A stretch of DNA of 32,000 nucleotides, taken from the NCBI GenBank assembly GCA_030606485.1, contig JAUWGH010000002.1, positions 210,001 through 242,000 of the forward strand, written 5' to 3'. The notes below the pieces were generated by a model. The model made no database searches, was not told where the DNA came from, and saw nothing but the letters and a program-made list of their open reading frames with translations. Source of the stretch: Promethearchaeota archaeon (GTDB lineage: Archaea; Asgardarchaeota; Lokiarchaeia; Sigyniarchaeales; SOKP01). This document shows positions 1-8,569 of the stretch, piece after piece; within the stretch, counting starts at the first letter, position 1; every line of letters begins with the position of its first letter. Both the position numbers and the translations under genes were made by a program.

Positions 1-80
1 GTGATTTGTGAGTTTGTAATAAAAAATAAAAAATAATTTTTTTATTTAAAAATTTCGTTAATTTGCTCGTTAAACTTGAA

Positions 81-1217
81 TCAAGGGTTATTTTTTCGAC
101 GCTTTAGAACTACATAGAGTGAAACCGTCAATCCAAATAGTATAAATCCTAACATCCATACAAAAGGATAACCCGGGATAACTCCATCGGTCGCAGCTCC
201 AGTACAATCGTCGTTATCGTGAATGTCATTATCACTTCCCAAATCGTTAATATTACCTTGTTCGTTGTAACAGACAATATTCTGGTAGACTTCGTTATTA
301 TCCGATTCTTCACTTAAGCCAATACCATATGGACTATTATATGACGCGTAATTGCCCGAAAGAGTGTTGTTTACTGAATATCTTAAGAAAATACCATATA
401 GATCATTATATGACGCGTTATTGCCCGAAAGAGTGTTATTGTCTGAATAACAAAGTTTAATACCAAAATCTTCATTATGCGAGGCGTTATTGCCCGAAAT
501 GATATTATTACAACAATCAAATACCAACCAAATACCATGTTCACCATTATGCAAAACGATGTTGCCCGAAATAGTGTTATAATTCGAAAAATAACTCAAA
601 CTAATACCCGCATTAGAATCATTCATGGCTTTATTGTCAGAAATAATGTTATAATTCGAATTATCAGTGCAAATTCCTCCGCGTCTATTATTCGATACAA
701 TATTATCCGAAATAATGTTATAACTCCCATCCTTCAAGGCAATTCCGTAAAAATTATAATTCACATCACACTCAGTTATTTTTACATTTTTAACCGAGTC
801 TAAAAAGATTCCGGAATCCCCCAATCGATAAGACACCACTGCCACCAAATACCTCTCATTTCCAGAGTTTATAATAGTACAGCGTCTTATAATTAAAAAT
901 CTATCCGTATTTCTGATATCCATCCCGCAACCAACCCCTCCCGCATCAATTTCAAGGTCCTCAATCACGTGAGCCGTATCCCATGACAGACCGTCCGTGC
1001 CCTTCCCCGAACAAAAAGCGTCTAATGCGGCATTCCCATCGATGGAAATTGGTGAGTGCGATACCGATGCCACTGGGTCGGAAATATATGTATAGTTAGT
1101 TTCTACCTGATACCATGAAAAAACAAACGAATTCAAGAACGCCCCTAGAAACAGTATACAAATCGTCTTTCTTAAAAGATTTGTTTTATGTTTTAAATTA
1201 TATTTATTGTTTTTCAT
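81..1217 (-). CDS. Surface protein with NosD/right-handed parallel beta-helix repeats and a C-terminal Loki-CTERM-like sorting/TM tail
   Basis: N-terminal hydrophobic signal; repeated NxISGNxxxxN-xxGIxL units; C-terminal IPGY motif + TM helix + basic KRRK tail. Confidence 0.85.
   Translation of the reverse strand: MKNNKYNLKHKTNLLRKTICILFLGAFLNSFVFSWYQVETNYTYISDPVASVSHSPISIDGNAALDAFCSGKGTDGLSWDTAHVIEDLEIDAGGVGCGMDIRNTDRFLIIRRCTIINSGNERYLVAVVSYRLGDSGIFLDSVKNVKITECDVNYNFYGIALKDGSYNIISDNIVSNNRRGGICTDNSNYNIISDNKAMNDSNAGISLSYFSNYNTISGNIVLHNGEHGIWLVFDCCNNIISGNNASHNEDFGIKLCYSDNNTLSGNNASYNDLYGIFLRYSVNNTLSGNYASYNSPYGIGLSEESDNNEVYQNIVCYNEQGNINDLGSDNDIHDNDDCTGAATDGVIPGYPFVWMLGFILFGLTVSLYVVLKRRKNNP
336..449. 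repeat. Intragenic direct repeat with 69-bp period (23-aa beta-helix coil); 45-bp copies at 336-380 and 405-449
   Basis: attatatgacgcgt(a/t)attgcccgaaagagtgtt...ctgaata, 4 mismatches in 45 bp; more diverged ttgcccgaaa copies near 490 and 563. Confidence 0.85.
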
Positions 1218-1580
1218 TAAAATTCCCTTCTCATATTAAATTGTATTTTTTATTTTTGTTAAATCTTATATTTTCGTTTAAAAAAAAAATCATCTAATAT
1301 TTAAAAATATATCTATTTATCAAACTGCTACAGTTTAGACACAAAATACGAGAAACTATTCACCACAAATTTCTTTTGTGTTGCGAAACATAAGAAGCAA
1401 ATAGAATTATTAAACATGTAATTTTAACATGGCATTTTAGTATATTTAAAATCTATATCGCTTTGTCTTCCATTCCTTTAAGATTTAAAATTCAAATTTC
1501 AAACAAGAATTAATAAATTGAAAAAATAATTAAAAACTCGGAATATATTCTAATTTAATTATATTTAGAAATTTGATAAT

Positions 1581-2912
1581 TTAATATGTATAAGAAAGAG
1601 AATCATTTTCATACATCACTTTTTTTTCCTTCTTACTTTTACCGGTTTTTATGAAGATATAAATTATGACTAAAAAAGTTATTAGGATAATTAATCCAAC
1701 TATAATAGGTAATATAGTATTATCTTCTATTAGATTTACTTCAAGAACTTCGACATGTATTAAAGTTTCATATTTGAAAACCCCATTGGCTTGATATACA
1801 GGACTAGGAAGAACAGAATATTCACTAACATAGTATGTTAAAGAAGGGATTTCAAACCAAGCACCGATATTTGCTGTTAAATGAATGAAGTCCATATAAT
1901 TAAAATAATTATATCCGGTGCTGCCCCATGTAGGATCCGATGGGACCCACCCGATGTTGGGCACATAATATTCCAACCAAGCATGAAGTAATGTATTGGA
2001 ATCAAGTATTCCTGCGGAAGATGATGGTGAATTTTTGGTAAAATTGCTATAATAATCCCATTCGGCGCCTACTCTGAAATTATTATTTGGTGTAGCAACA
2101 CCAGCTGCGGTAGCATTACTTAAAATCAAACCAGTACATTTCCTAGCTGGAATTCCTTGAATTCTTAATAAAGTAATCATTAAATTAGAAAATTCACTAC
2201 AATCTCCCTCTTTATTTTGATATGCCCACAGAGCCCCCCTTTCTACGGCTTGTCCTACATATTCAATGTTTTCAGAAATATAATCGTAGATTGTTTTAGC
2301 TTTATCAATTGGGTTGGTTAATCCCTCAACAAGGCTATTAGAAAGAGATATCAAAGTAGGATCATTCATTTCAAAGAGTGGTTCTGCTTGACAATATAGC
2401 TCATGAATTATATCTGAAGTGTTGTATATACCAATATTTTCCATAGGGATATTATTATCAAAAGAAATTTCACTCAATGTTATGACATATTTTTGATTAA
2501 TCAAAATTGGAGCACTATTTAAATTGTTAATTATGCGATTAAATAAACAGTAATGATTACCAAATTCATCTGTTTGAGTAATTATTTCAGTTTCATTACC
2601 TTCAATTGAATGATATTCTAATGAAGATACTTGTATTGGGGGAGTAAATTCATATTCACTGGGGATACGATTATCAAAAAGAGAATATTTTAAATAAAAT
2701 GCATAAGGATTTGGACCTAAACGAGTTAAAGTCCAATTTAGAGTAATTTCGTAAGTAACATTTTGAATCATATTATAATGTGTTATTCCTGGGTATTCTG
2801 ATTTAATCGAAACTTGTTCTAACCCTTTCACAAAATTAAAGTGAATAAATGAGATATGACAGAAAGTTAATTCAAATAAAATAAATGTTAATATAATAGT
2901 TTTTTTTTGCAT
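1581..2912 (-). CDS. Secreted, membrane-anchored transglutaminase-like (Transglut_core) protein
   Basis: GDCSEF (Cys), HAWLEYY (His) and GWVPSDPTW (Asp) motifs; N-terminal signal and C-terminal TM + basic tail. Confidence 0.85.
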   Translation of the reverse strand: MQKKTIILTFILFELTFCHISFIHFNFVKGLEQVSIKSEYPGITHYNMIQNVTYEITLNWTLTRLGPNPYAFYLKYSLFDNRIPSEYEFTPPIQVSSLEYHSIEGNETEIITQTDEFGNHYCLFNRIINNLNSAPILINQKYVITLSEISFDNNIPMENIGIYNTSDIIHELYCQAEPLFEMNDPTLISLSNSLVEGLTNPIDKAKTIYDYISENIEYVGQAVERGALWAYQNKEGDCSEFSNLMITLLRIQGIPARKCTGLILSNATAAGVATPNNNFRVGAEWDYYSNFTKNSPSSSAGILDSNTLLHAWLEYYVPNIGWVPSDPTWGSTGYNYFNYMDFIHLTANIGAWFEIPSLTYYVSEYSVLPSPVYQANGVFKYETLIHVEVLEVNLIEDNTILPIIVGLIILITFLVIIYIFIKTGKSKKEKKVMYENDSLSYTY

Positions 2913-3026
2913 AATATTATCAATTCTTAATTTTATCCAAATAATAAAGTCTTAAAATATAAAATTGATTATTTAAAGTTGGAAAATTCGTTTTAAAGTA
3001 TATATTAATCGGAAAGAGGCTTATCT

Positions 3027-3671
3027 TTGATTTATAAAGTATTTTTGATTGATGGGGATGCTGGAATTCTTATTTTAGAAAAATCTTTTAAAGAATTTAA
3101 TAAAAGTAAAAATTTAAAAACACAATTATTAACTGATTTCTTTAAAGAAGTAAATAAGATGGTTGATGATATACAAGATGCCATGACTAAGGGAAAGGGG
3201 GTAGGTGATACAAATAGGATTATTTCTGGAGAATACTCCACGATAATAATGTACTACCATCCATTGTCTCATGTGCTATTTTGTTCGATATCTGATGAGG
3301 ATGATGATAAAGAAAAATTAATCGAAATATTACAAAATTTTGGCTTAAAATTTTATGAAAAACATGAAAAGGATTTAAAGAAATTTAGAAAAACCTCAGA
3401 GAAAAATTATTTTTTAAGTTTTATTGATGAGATAGATGTATTATCAGTTGGAGGTCGTGGAGCAGAAATTTTACCAAAACTAATTATTGCAAAAAATATA
3501 CTTGAACGTATCAAAAATATGGGTATAATAAATAATAAAGAATTAAAAATTGCTCTAGAATGTAATGGAAAAAAATCCCCACTCCGAATTTCAAGAATTT
3601 TTAATACAATAGAAAGCAAAATAAGAGAGAGCCTTAAAAAATTGGAAAATCTAGAAATTATTAAATTATAA
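3027..3671 (+). CDS. Longin-like domain protein with a C-terminal winged-helix-like domain
   Basis: Beta-beta-alpha-beta-beta-beta-alpha-alpha pattern (KVFLIDGDAGILIL...VLFCSISDEDDD...KFYEKH) typical of Asgard longin-like proteins; C-terminal ECNGKKSPLRISRIFN...LKKLENLEII resembles a wHTH; TTG start with an upstream purine-rich RBS-like site. Confidence 0.55.
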   Translation: MIYKVFLIDGDAGILILEKSFKEFNKSKNLKTQLLTDFFKEVNKMVDDIQDAMTKGKGVGDTNRIISGEYSTIIMYYHPLSHVLFCSISDEDDDKEKLIEILQNFGLKFYEKHEKDLKKFRKTSEKNYFLSFIDEIDVLSVGGRGAEILPKLIIAKNILERIKNMGIINNKELKIALECNGKKSPLRISRIFNTIESKIRESLKKLENLEIIKL

Positions 3672-3778
3672 AAACTCAAATTGAGGAAAAAAAAAGAAAA
3701 TTTCAAAAATTCATTTTAATTAATAAACTCAAAATAATAATTTCATAATTTTTGAAAAACAGGAAAAATCGAATTATC

Positions 3779-4246
3779 ATGATACAAAAACCTACAGTTA
3801 TATCACCAAGTAGAGAAAAGCATTTTAAAAAAGGCACTGGATTTTCACTTAAAGAAGTTAGAAAATCAAATAAAACATTGCAAGATTTAAAAAGCGCAAA
3901 AATAAAGATTGATTTTCGCAGAAAAACAGAATATCAACAAAATATTGAATACTTAAATAATTTAAAATTAGATTTGAAGGAAAAACCAAAACGTGAGCCC
4001 TATAGGAAAAAGGAAGAAAAACCTAAAAAAATAACAAAAAAGAAAGTAATTAAGAAACCTCCAATAAAACTAACTGTGTTAGAAAAATTAGGACCATCTA
4101 CAGAAAAAAAAATGATGGAAATTGGAATTCCTGATGTTCAAACATTAATTAAAGAGGATCCTAAGGAAGTTGCTAGCTTAGTTTCAGGGTGTTCAGAAGA
4201 ACGAGTAATTAAATGGATTGAAGCAGGTAAGAAATTAGTTGAGTAA
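3779..4246 (+). CDS. rpl13e: Ribosomal protein L13e (short archaeal type) fused via a Lys-rich linker to a C-terminal helix-hairpin-helix domain
   Basis: KGTGFSLKEV...KIDFRRKT...NIEYL matches the L13e core (GRGFSxxEL...VDxRRKS...NV); C-terminal LEKLGPSTEKKMMEIGI is HhH-like; ATG at 3779 preferred over the track's TTG at 3752. Confidence 0.75.
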   Translation: MIQKPTVISPSREKHFKKGTGFSLKEVRKSNKTLQDLKSAKIKIDFRRKTEYQQNIEYLNNLKLDLKEKPKREPYRKKEEKPKKITKKKVIKKPPIKLTVLEKLGPSTEKKMMEIGIPDVQTLIKEDPKEVASLVSGCSEERVIKWIEAGKKLVE

Positions 4247-4279
4247 TTATACTTAATAAAGAAAGTTAGTGGAATAACA

Positions 4280-4771
4280 TTGCAAAAAAATTATTATGTT
4301 TATTCTAACGACAAATGTAAAATAGTAGTAAATAAAACCCCAATCTGGTTTGAAGAAGTAAAAGTAGAAGGGAATCATGAAAAAGGAACAATATTCTTCG
4401 AATCTCATGATGAATTTGACGAAAATTTTGGTAAAAGTGTAAAAATTGAATTATCCTGGTACCAAAAGGTAAGAGAAGAGTATTATCACGCTAGAGAAGT
4501 ACAAGATTCTATTGATACATATAATAGCATTAATATTGTAGTTACAAAAAAAGAAAACATTTGGCTCTTAAGTCATGAATGCACATATTGGTTTGGAACA
4601 AGGACTAAAATGATAAGAAAAGGTTATTACCCTTCAAAAATCATTCACTCAGTATTTTTTTGTGAAATTACTGGGCGAGTTATAACTATTCATTTTGAAG
4701 TGATTAGAAAATATTACTTAAACTATGAGAAATTTATAATTGAAATGCTTCAATCGATTATATGCCATTAA
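4280..4771 (+). CDS. Hypothetical protein with Cys/His motifs, C-terminal ICH
   Basis: 163-aa ORF 33 bp downstream of rpl13e; SHEC, HSVFFC and terminal CH motifs. Confidence 0.6.
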   Translation: MQKNYYVYSNDKCKIVVNKTPIWFEEVKVEGNHEKGTIFFESHDEFDENFGKSVKIELSWYQKVREEYYHAREVQDSIDTYNSINIVVTKKENIWLLSHECTYWFGTRTKMIRKGYYPSKIIHSVFFCEITGRVITIHFEVIRKYYLNYEKFIIEMLQSIICH

Positions 4772-4791
4772 ATAATAAATAGATTCTTATT

Positions 4792-5544
4792 TTACTGATT
4801 TTCTTTTCGCAGCCAAATAAAGAAATTATCCTTATTTCCCGGTCCTCCTAAGATTGAGAATTTTCGGATTTTAAAGTGTTTAGTTAATTTTTTAACTTCT
4901 TTTTCTGAAAATAAGTGATAATAACGAGTGTAAGATCCTTTATTATTCGATTTTTTCCAAGGTATAATTATATCACCAAATTCTTGCAACCCTTTGCTAT
5001 ATTGAGACTTCCTATATTTGAGAGAGAACTTTCTTTTTAACCAATCTTTTATGAAATATTTTCGAAACCTTTTTTGCCATTTTCGCCATACAGATAAGAT
5101 AAACGAACCATTTTCTATCATTAAATTTGGGATATCATGCATAAAATCTAAACGAACTTTTTTGCTATATAAGTGGTGAATCGAAGCGATTGCAAAGATA
5201 TGGTCAAATACATCTTTTCTAAATGGAAGGTAAATTAGATCAGATAATATTATTTCGATTTTTCTCGTTTTTAAGCGATTATTTCCATGTCTAATCAATT
5301 CATCTCTTTGATTTTTAATAATTTTCAATAATTCGATCGAATTATCTAATCCGATTATTCGAAAATCATTTTGGTTACCTCCAATAATTGACATATTCCT
5401 ACCATTTCCACATCCAGCATCTAGAATTGTTCCGCTGATGTCAAGACCGCCCTTCATTATGGATTCATAAAACTCTATAAAGGCTTTCCAGGGCTTCCTC
5501 CTTTTTTGATCAAAGTCTTTTGCAAAACAATCATAAAAACCCAT
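4792..5544 (-). CDS. Class I SAM-dependent methyltransferase, Trm9/ALKBH8-like
   Basis: ILDAGCGNGRN, GLDNS, SDLIYLPF, IASIHHL, ILSVW, PW and RYYHLF motifs plus N-terminal FDQKRRKPW. Confidence 0.8.
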   Translation of the reverse strand: MGFYDCFAKDFDQKRRKPWKAFIEFYESIMKGGLDISGTILDAGCGNGRNMSIIGGNQNDFRIIGLDNSIELLKIIKNQRDELIRHGNNRLKTRKIEIILSDLIYLPFRKDVFDHIFAIASIHHLYSKKVRLDFMHDIPNLMIENGSFILSVWRKWQKRFRKYFIKDWLKRKFSLKYRKSQYSKGLQEFGDIIIPWKKSNNKGSYTRYYHLFSEKEVKKLTKHFKIRKFSILGGPGNKDNFFIWLRKENQ

Positions 5545-5604
5545 TAAATCTCAATAAAAAAAAATATACTAAAATATAAAAAAATATAGATCTTTCTATA
5601 AATT

Positions 5605-7275
5605 ATGGAAAATGTTGATTATTTCTTTCAAACTTTTAATGAAGTGCTTGGAGAAGATATTTTAACTTTTTTTGGAAGATTTTATGATTATTTATCTGAT
5701 TTATTTGTAGAGGCTTATATTAAATTAGAAAATGAGATTAAAAATGATGATTTTACAACTTATAAAAAAAATATTGAAAATATTTTTGAGGTCGTTTCAT
5801 TAGGATTAAGAACAATTGGTGTTCCAAGAGATGAGATTATCTCATTTAAAAATGATTTTCTAAATTCGATTAAAGATAAATATGAAAATATTGAGAAGTA
5901 TAGTCAAATAGTAGATTTAATTTTACGACCGATTATAGAGGCTTCCCTTATTGAAATTATTATCCAATATTTTATAAGTAAAAACAAAACCCAACTTTTA
6001 AATCTCAATGTTTTCAATTTACTTCCAAGAGGATTTATAGAGAAAGTTGAGAATTTCAAAGAATCTTATGTTTCACCTACAATTACTGATTTTTTAAAAA
6101 GTGATAAAATTAAAAAGGAACCTACTCCTGTTTCAGTTGAAGTTAGGGAAATACCGGCAAGATATATTAAACCTGCAGAAAAAGCTATAATGGTTCTTTT
6201 AGAAAAACTTAAACAACAAAGAATTGATAGTGAAATCATTCTACGTAAAGAGACTCCTATCGAAAACAAAGATGAAGCCACAGAGATTTTAAATAAAATT
6301 AGCAAAATTCGAGCTGAAGATCTCTCTCTTATTGAATCAACAGAAGTTAAACAACCAATCGAGGAAATTAAAATAAAAAAAACTTTAGATATTGAAAGTG
6401 AAAAATTTATTGAATTTTTTGGTGATTTTCCTCAATTATCTTCAATTATTAGAAATAGTATAAAAATTAATATTGAAAATTTACAACAACATAATTTTAA
6501 ACAGTTTCAAGATTTAGAGACATTCTATTATTTCATATGTTCTTTAAAAATGATGGGGTTAAATTTACCTTATTCTAGAAACGAGATCGTTAATAGATTA
6601 CAAAATTTTATCTCTAATAAAGTTTTTTGTGCAGGAATTGGTTCAGCCCCTGATCCTTTAAACGTTTTTTTTGGAACTGCAATTTTTTCCGAGTTTAATT
6701 TATTATCACATGAAAGCATTGACATCGGAAAGATAAAAAAATTTATTTTTGGAGAGCTTTCTGATTTTATTCCCTGGAAATTACATCTAAATACATACTC
6801 TTTATTAACTCTTAAAATTTTAGAAAAAAATGGAGTTTCTACCCAAAAATATTCCCAATTAGAATCCAATTTATTAAAATATGATATCACAACAGCTGAA
6901 GACTATTATCCAAATATTGATTTATTTGATAAAATTCTTTCTCTTAAACTATTAAATAATTTTGGTGATTTAAGCGATATTTCTCAAGAATTTCTCAGAC
7001 AACTCAAACAAAATATTACAATAAATGGATCTATTAATGACAATCTTACTGATACTGCTAAATTTTTGTTAATGGCATCTCTATTGAATTTAAATAATGA
7101 GATAAAAGATGAAATAAATAAAATAAAAAATTACATTCTAAATGAAACAATACTCTTTCATAATCCAAAAGGTCTTAAAAAGTTAAATTGGAATCTCGAT
7201 AATCTTGGATATAAAATAGAAATTAGGATATTATACTGGGTTTTATTAGCACTCTCTCAATTCCCAAATAATTAA
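5605..7275 (+). CDS. Large hypothetical helical protein; C-terminal half resembles degenerate prenyltransferase/squalene-oxidase-type alpha-toroid repeats
   Basis: 556-aa ORF; segments DLETFYYFICSLKMMG, PDPLNVFFGTAIF, DLFDKILSLKLL, NLTDTAKFLLM repeat a DxxxTYYxxxxLxxL-like pattern. The ORF is solid; the fold call is weak. Confidence 0.6.
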   Translation: MENVDYFFQTFNEVLGEDILTFFGRFYDYLSDLFVEAYIKLENEIKNDDFTTYKKNIENIFEVVSLGLRTIGVPRDEIISFKNDFLNSIKDKYENIEKYSQIVDLILRPIIEASLIEIIIQYFISKNKTQLLNLNVFNLLPRGFIEKVENFKESYVSPTITDFLKSDKIKKEPTPVSVEVREIPARYIKPAEKAIMVLLEKLKQQRIDSEIILRKETPIENKDEATEILNKISKIRAEDLSLIESTEVKQPIEEIKIKKTLDIESEKFIEFFGDFPQLSSIIRNSIKINIENLQQHNFKQFQDLETFYYFICSLKMMGLNLPYSRNEIVNRLQNFISNKVFCAGIGSAPDPLNVFFGTAIFSEFNLLSHESIDIGKIKKFIFGELSDFIPWKLHLNTYSLLTLKILEKNGVSTQKYSQLESNLLKYDITTAEDYYPNIDLFDKILSLKLLNNFGDLSDISQEFLRQLKQNITINGSINDNLTDTAKFLLMASLLNLNNEIKDEINKIKNYILNETILFHNPKGLKKLNWNLDNLGYKIEIRILYWVLLALSQFPNN

Positions 7276-7299
7276 TCTTCTATCATCCATTTTTTCATC

Positions 7300-7905
7300 T
7301 TATATTTTTAAGATAGTTTTTATAAAATTTTGTGCTGTAGGTTTAATTCTTCCTTTCTTAACATTCATGTTCCAAATTTCAATAAATTTATTGTTTTCCT
7401 TTAATTCTTCTACAACTTTCTTGCCAATTTTTACCCATTTTTTATTACTAATATATGGAGCATTATCTGAAATGCCTTTACAATATTCTTTTGCTTTTAT
7501 CGCATAGAACATCTGGACATTGATTTTCAAATTAGATCTTCTTAGATTTAATACTTTAAATGTAAATGGAAATGTTCGACAAAACATAGGGCGTAAATTA
7601 TAAATTTTGCACTTTTTTTTTTCATCTAAAAAGATACATGCCCCAGTAGATTTTTTTAATAGTCCAACAAAAGCGTTTCCTTTTTCAGTAATTATCGGCG
7701 GAATTACCATTTTTTTAATAAAATCATTTGAGAAATTTTTTTCATAGATATAAAAACCCAAAATTTCTAAAATTTCATTAAAAGTTAAATTTAATCCTTT
7801 AGTTATTCTTAAAATATCAAGATAAGTTGCATTAACTATTGTTTTTTTATCGGAACAGCAATTCGCGCAATAAATACATCGAAATTTGAAACGATCCTTT
7901 TGCAT
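7300..7905 (-). CDS. YkgJ family cysteine-cluster (putative Fe-S/Zn) protein
   Basis: CIYCANCC, CIFL...CKIYNLRPMFCRTFPF and a late CxG motif. Confidence 0.85.
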   Translation of the reverse strand: MQKDRFKFRCIYCANCCSDKKTIVNATYLDILRITKGLNLTFNEILEILGFYIYEKNFSNDFIKKMVIPPIITEKGNAFVGLLKKSTGACIFLDEKKKCKIYNLRPMFCRTFPFTFKVLNLRRSNLKINVQMFYAIKAKEYCKGISDNAPYISNKKWVKIGKKVVEELKENNKFIEIWNMNVKKGRIKPTAQNFIKTILKI

Positions 7906-7940
7906 TTTAATATAATAAAATAAGAAAGAATAGTTTTTAA

Positions 7941-8267
7941 TTAATCTAGAAATTCTTTTTTCAACATACTAATAATATCGTCGCGATCTGAATTATCAAT
8001 ATTTTTTGCGTCTTTACCCATTGTATTATATCTATCAGGAGGTATATCATGAAATAATGATAAGATTAGGATTATGGCGTTCTCAACGAGCTTGTAGTTT
8101 TGGTACAAGTTCTCAATTTCTTTCTTTTTTTTCAAGAAACCCATTAAGTTTATGTAGGTTTGGTCTTCAAATACCTCTGTTTCTCTATCAGTTCTATCCT
8201 TTTTATTAAAGAATTTAAGAATTTGGTTATAAGCTTCCAGTTCTTTACCGCTGTTAATAGTACTCAA
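7941..8267 (-). CDS. Small hypothetical protein, probably co-transcribed with the YkgJ gene
   Basis: 108-aa ORF, 35 bp upstream of and co-oriented with YkgJ; no recognisable motif. Confidence 0.6.
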   Translation of the reverse strand: MSTINSGKELEAYNQILKFFNKKDRTDRETEVFEDQTYINLMGFLKKKKEIENLYQNYKLVENAIILILSLFHDIPPDRYNTMGKDAKNIDNSDRDDIISMLKKEFLD

Positions 8268-8569
8268 ACCTTTTAATATTTTTTAATATTATCGAAAATT
8301 ACTTAATAATAAGTTCTTATATTTCAAATTTTTAAAACTCCTAAAAAAAAAATATAATATGCTCATATTATGTTCTGTGGGTTGAAATTCTTCATAACGA
8401 TTCTATTTTTGTCGTATGGTTTTCTTACTGCTTGGAAGTTTGTTATTTTTGTCGGTACATATAAAAATTAAATCTTTTAAAATTGCTCTTATTGGTATCT
8501 AATTATTAAAAAAACATTTTTTTTCAAAATAGTAACCTTTAATTAATTTCTAAGCTAATTTTTAAAAAA

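Noticed and set aside
336-449. Near-identical repeat pair as a possible DGR template/variable repeat
   Set aside because: Both copies lie in one gene at the protein repeat period, the mismatches are not adenine-specific, and no reverse transcriptase is present in the window
1322-1383. Short inverted repeats AAACTG-cta-CAGTTT and CACAAA-tttct-TTTGTG in the intergenic region
   Set aside because: 6-bp arms are expected by chance in AT-rich DNA; no supporting context
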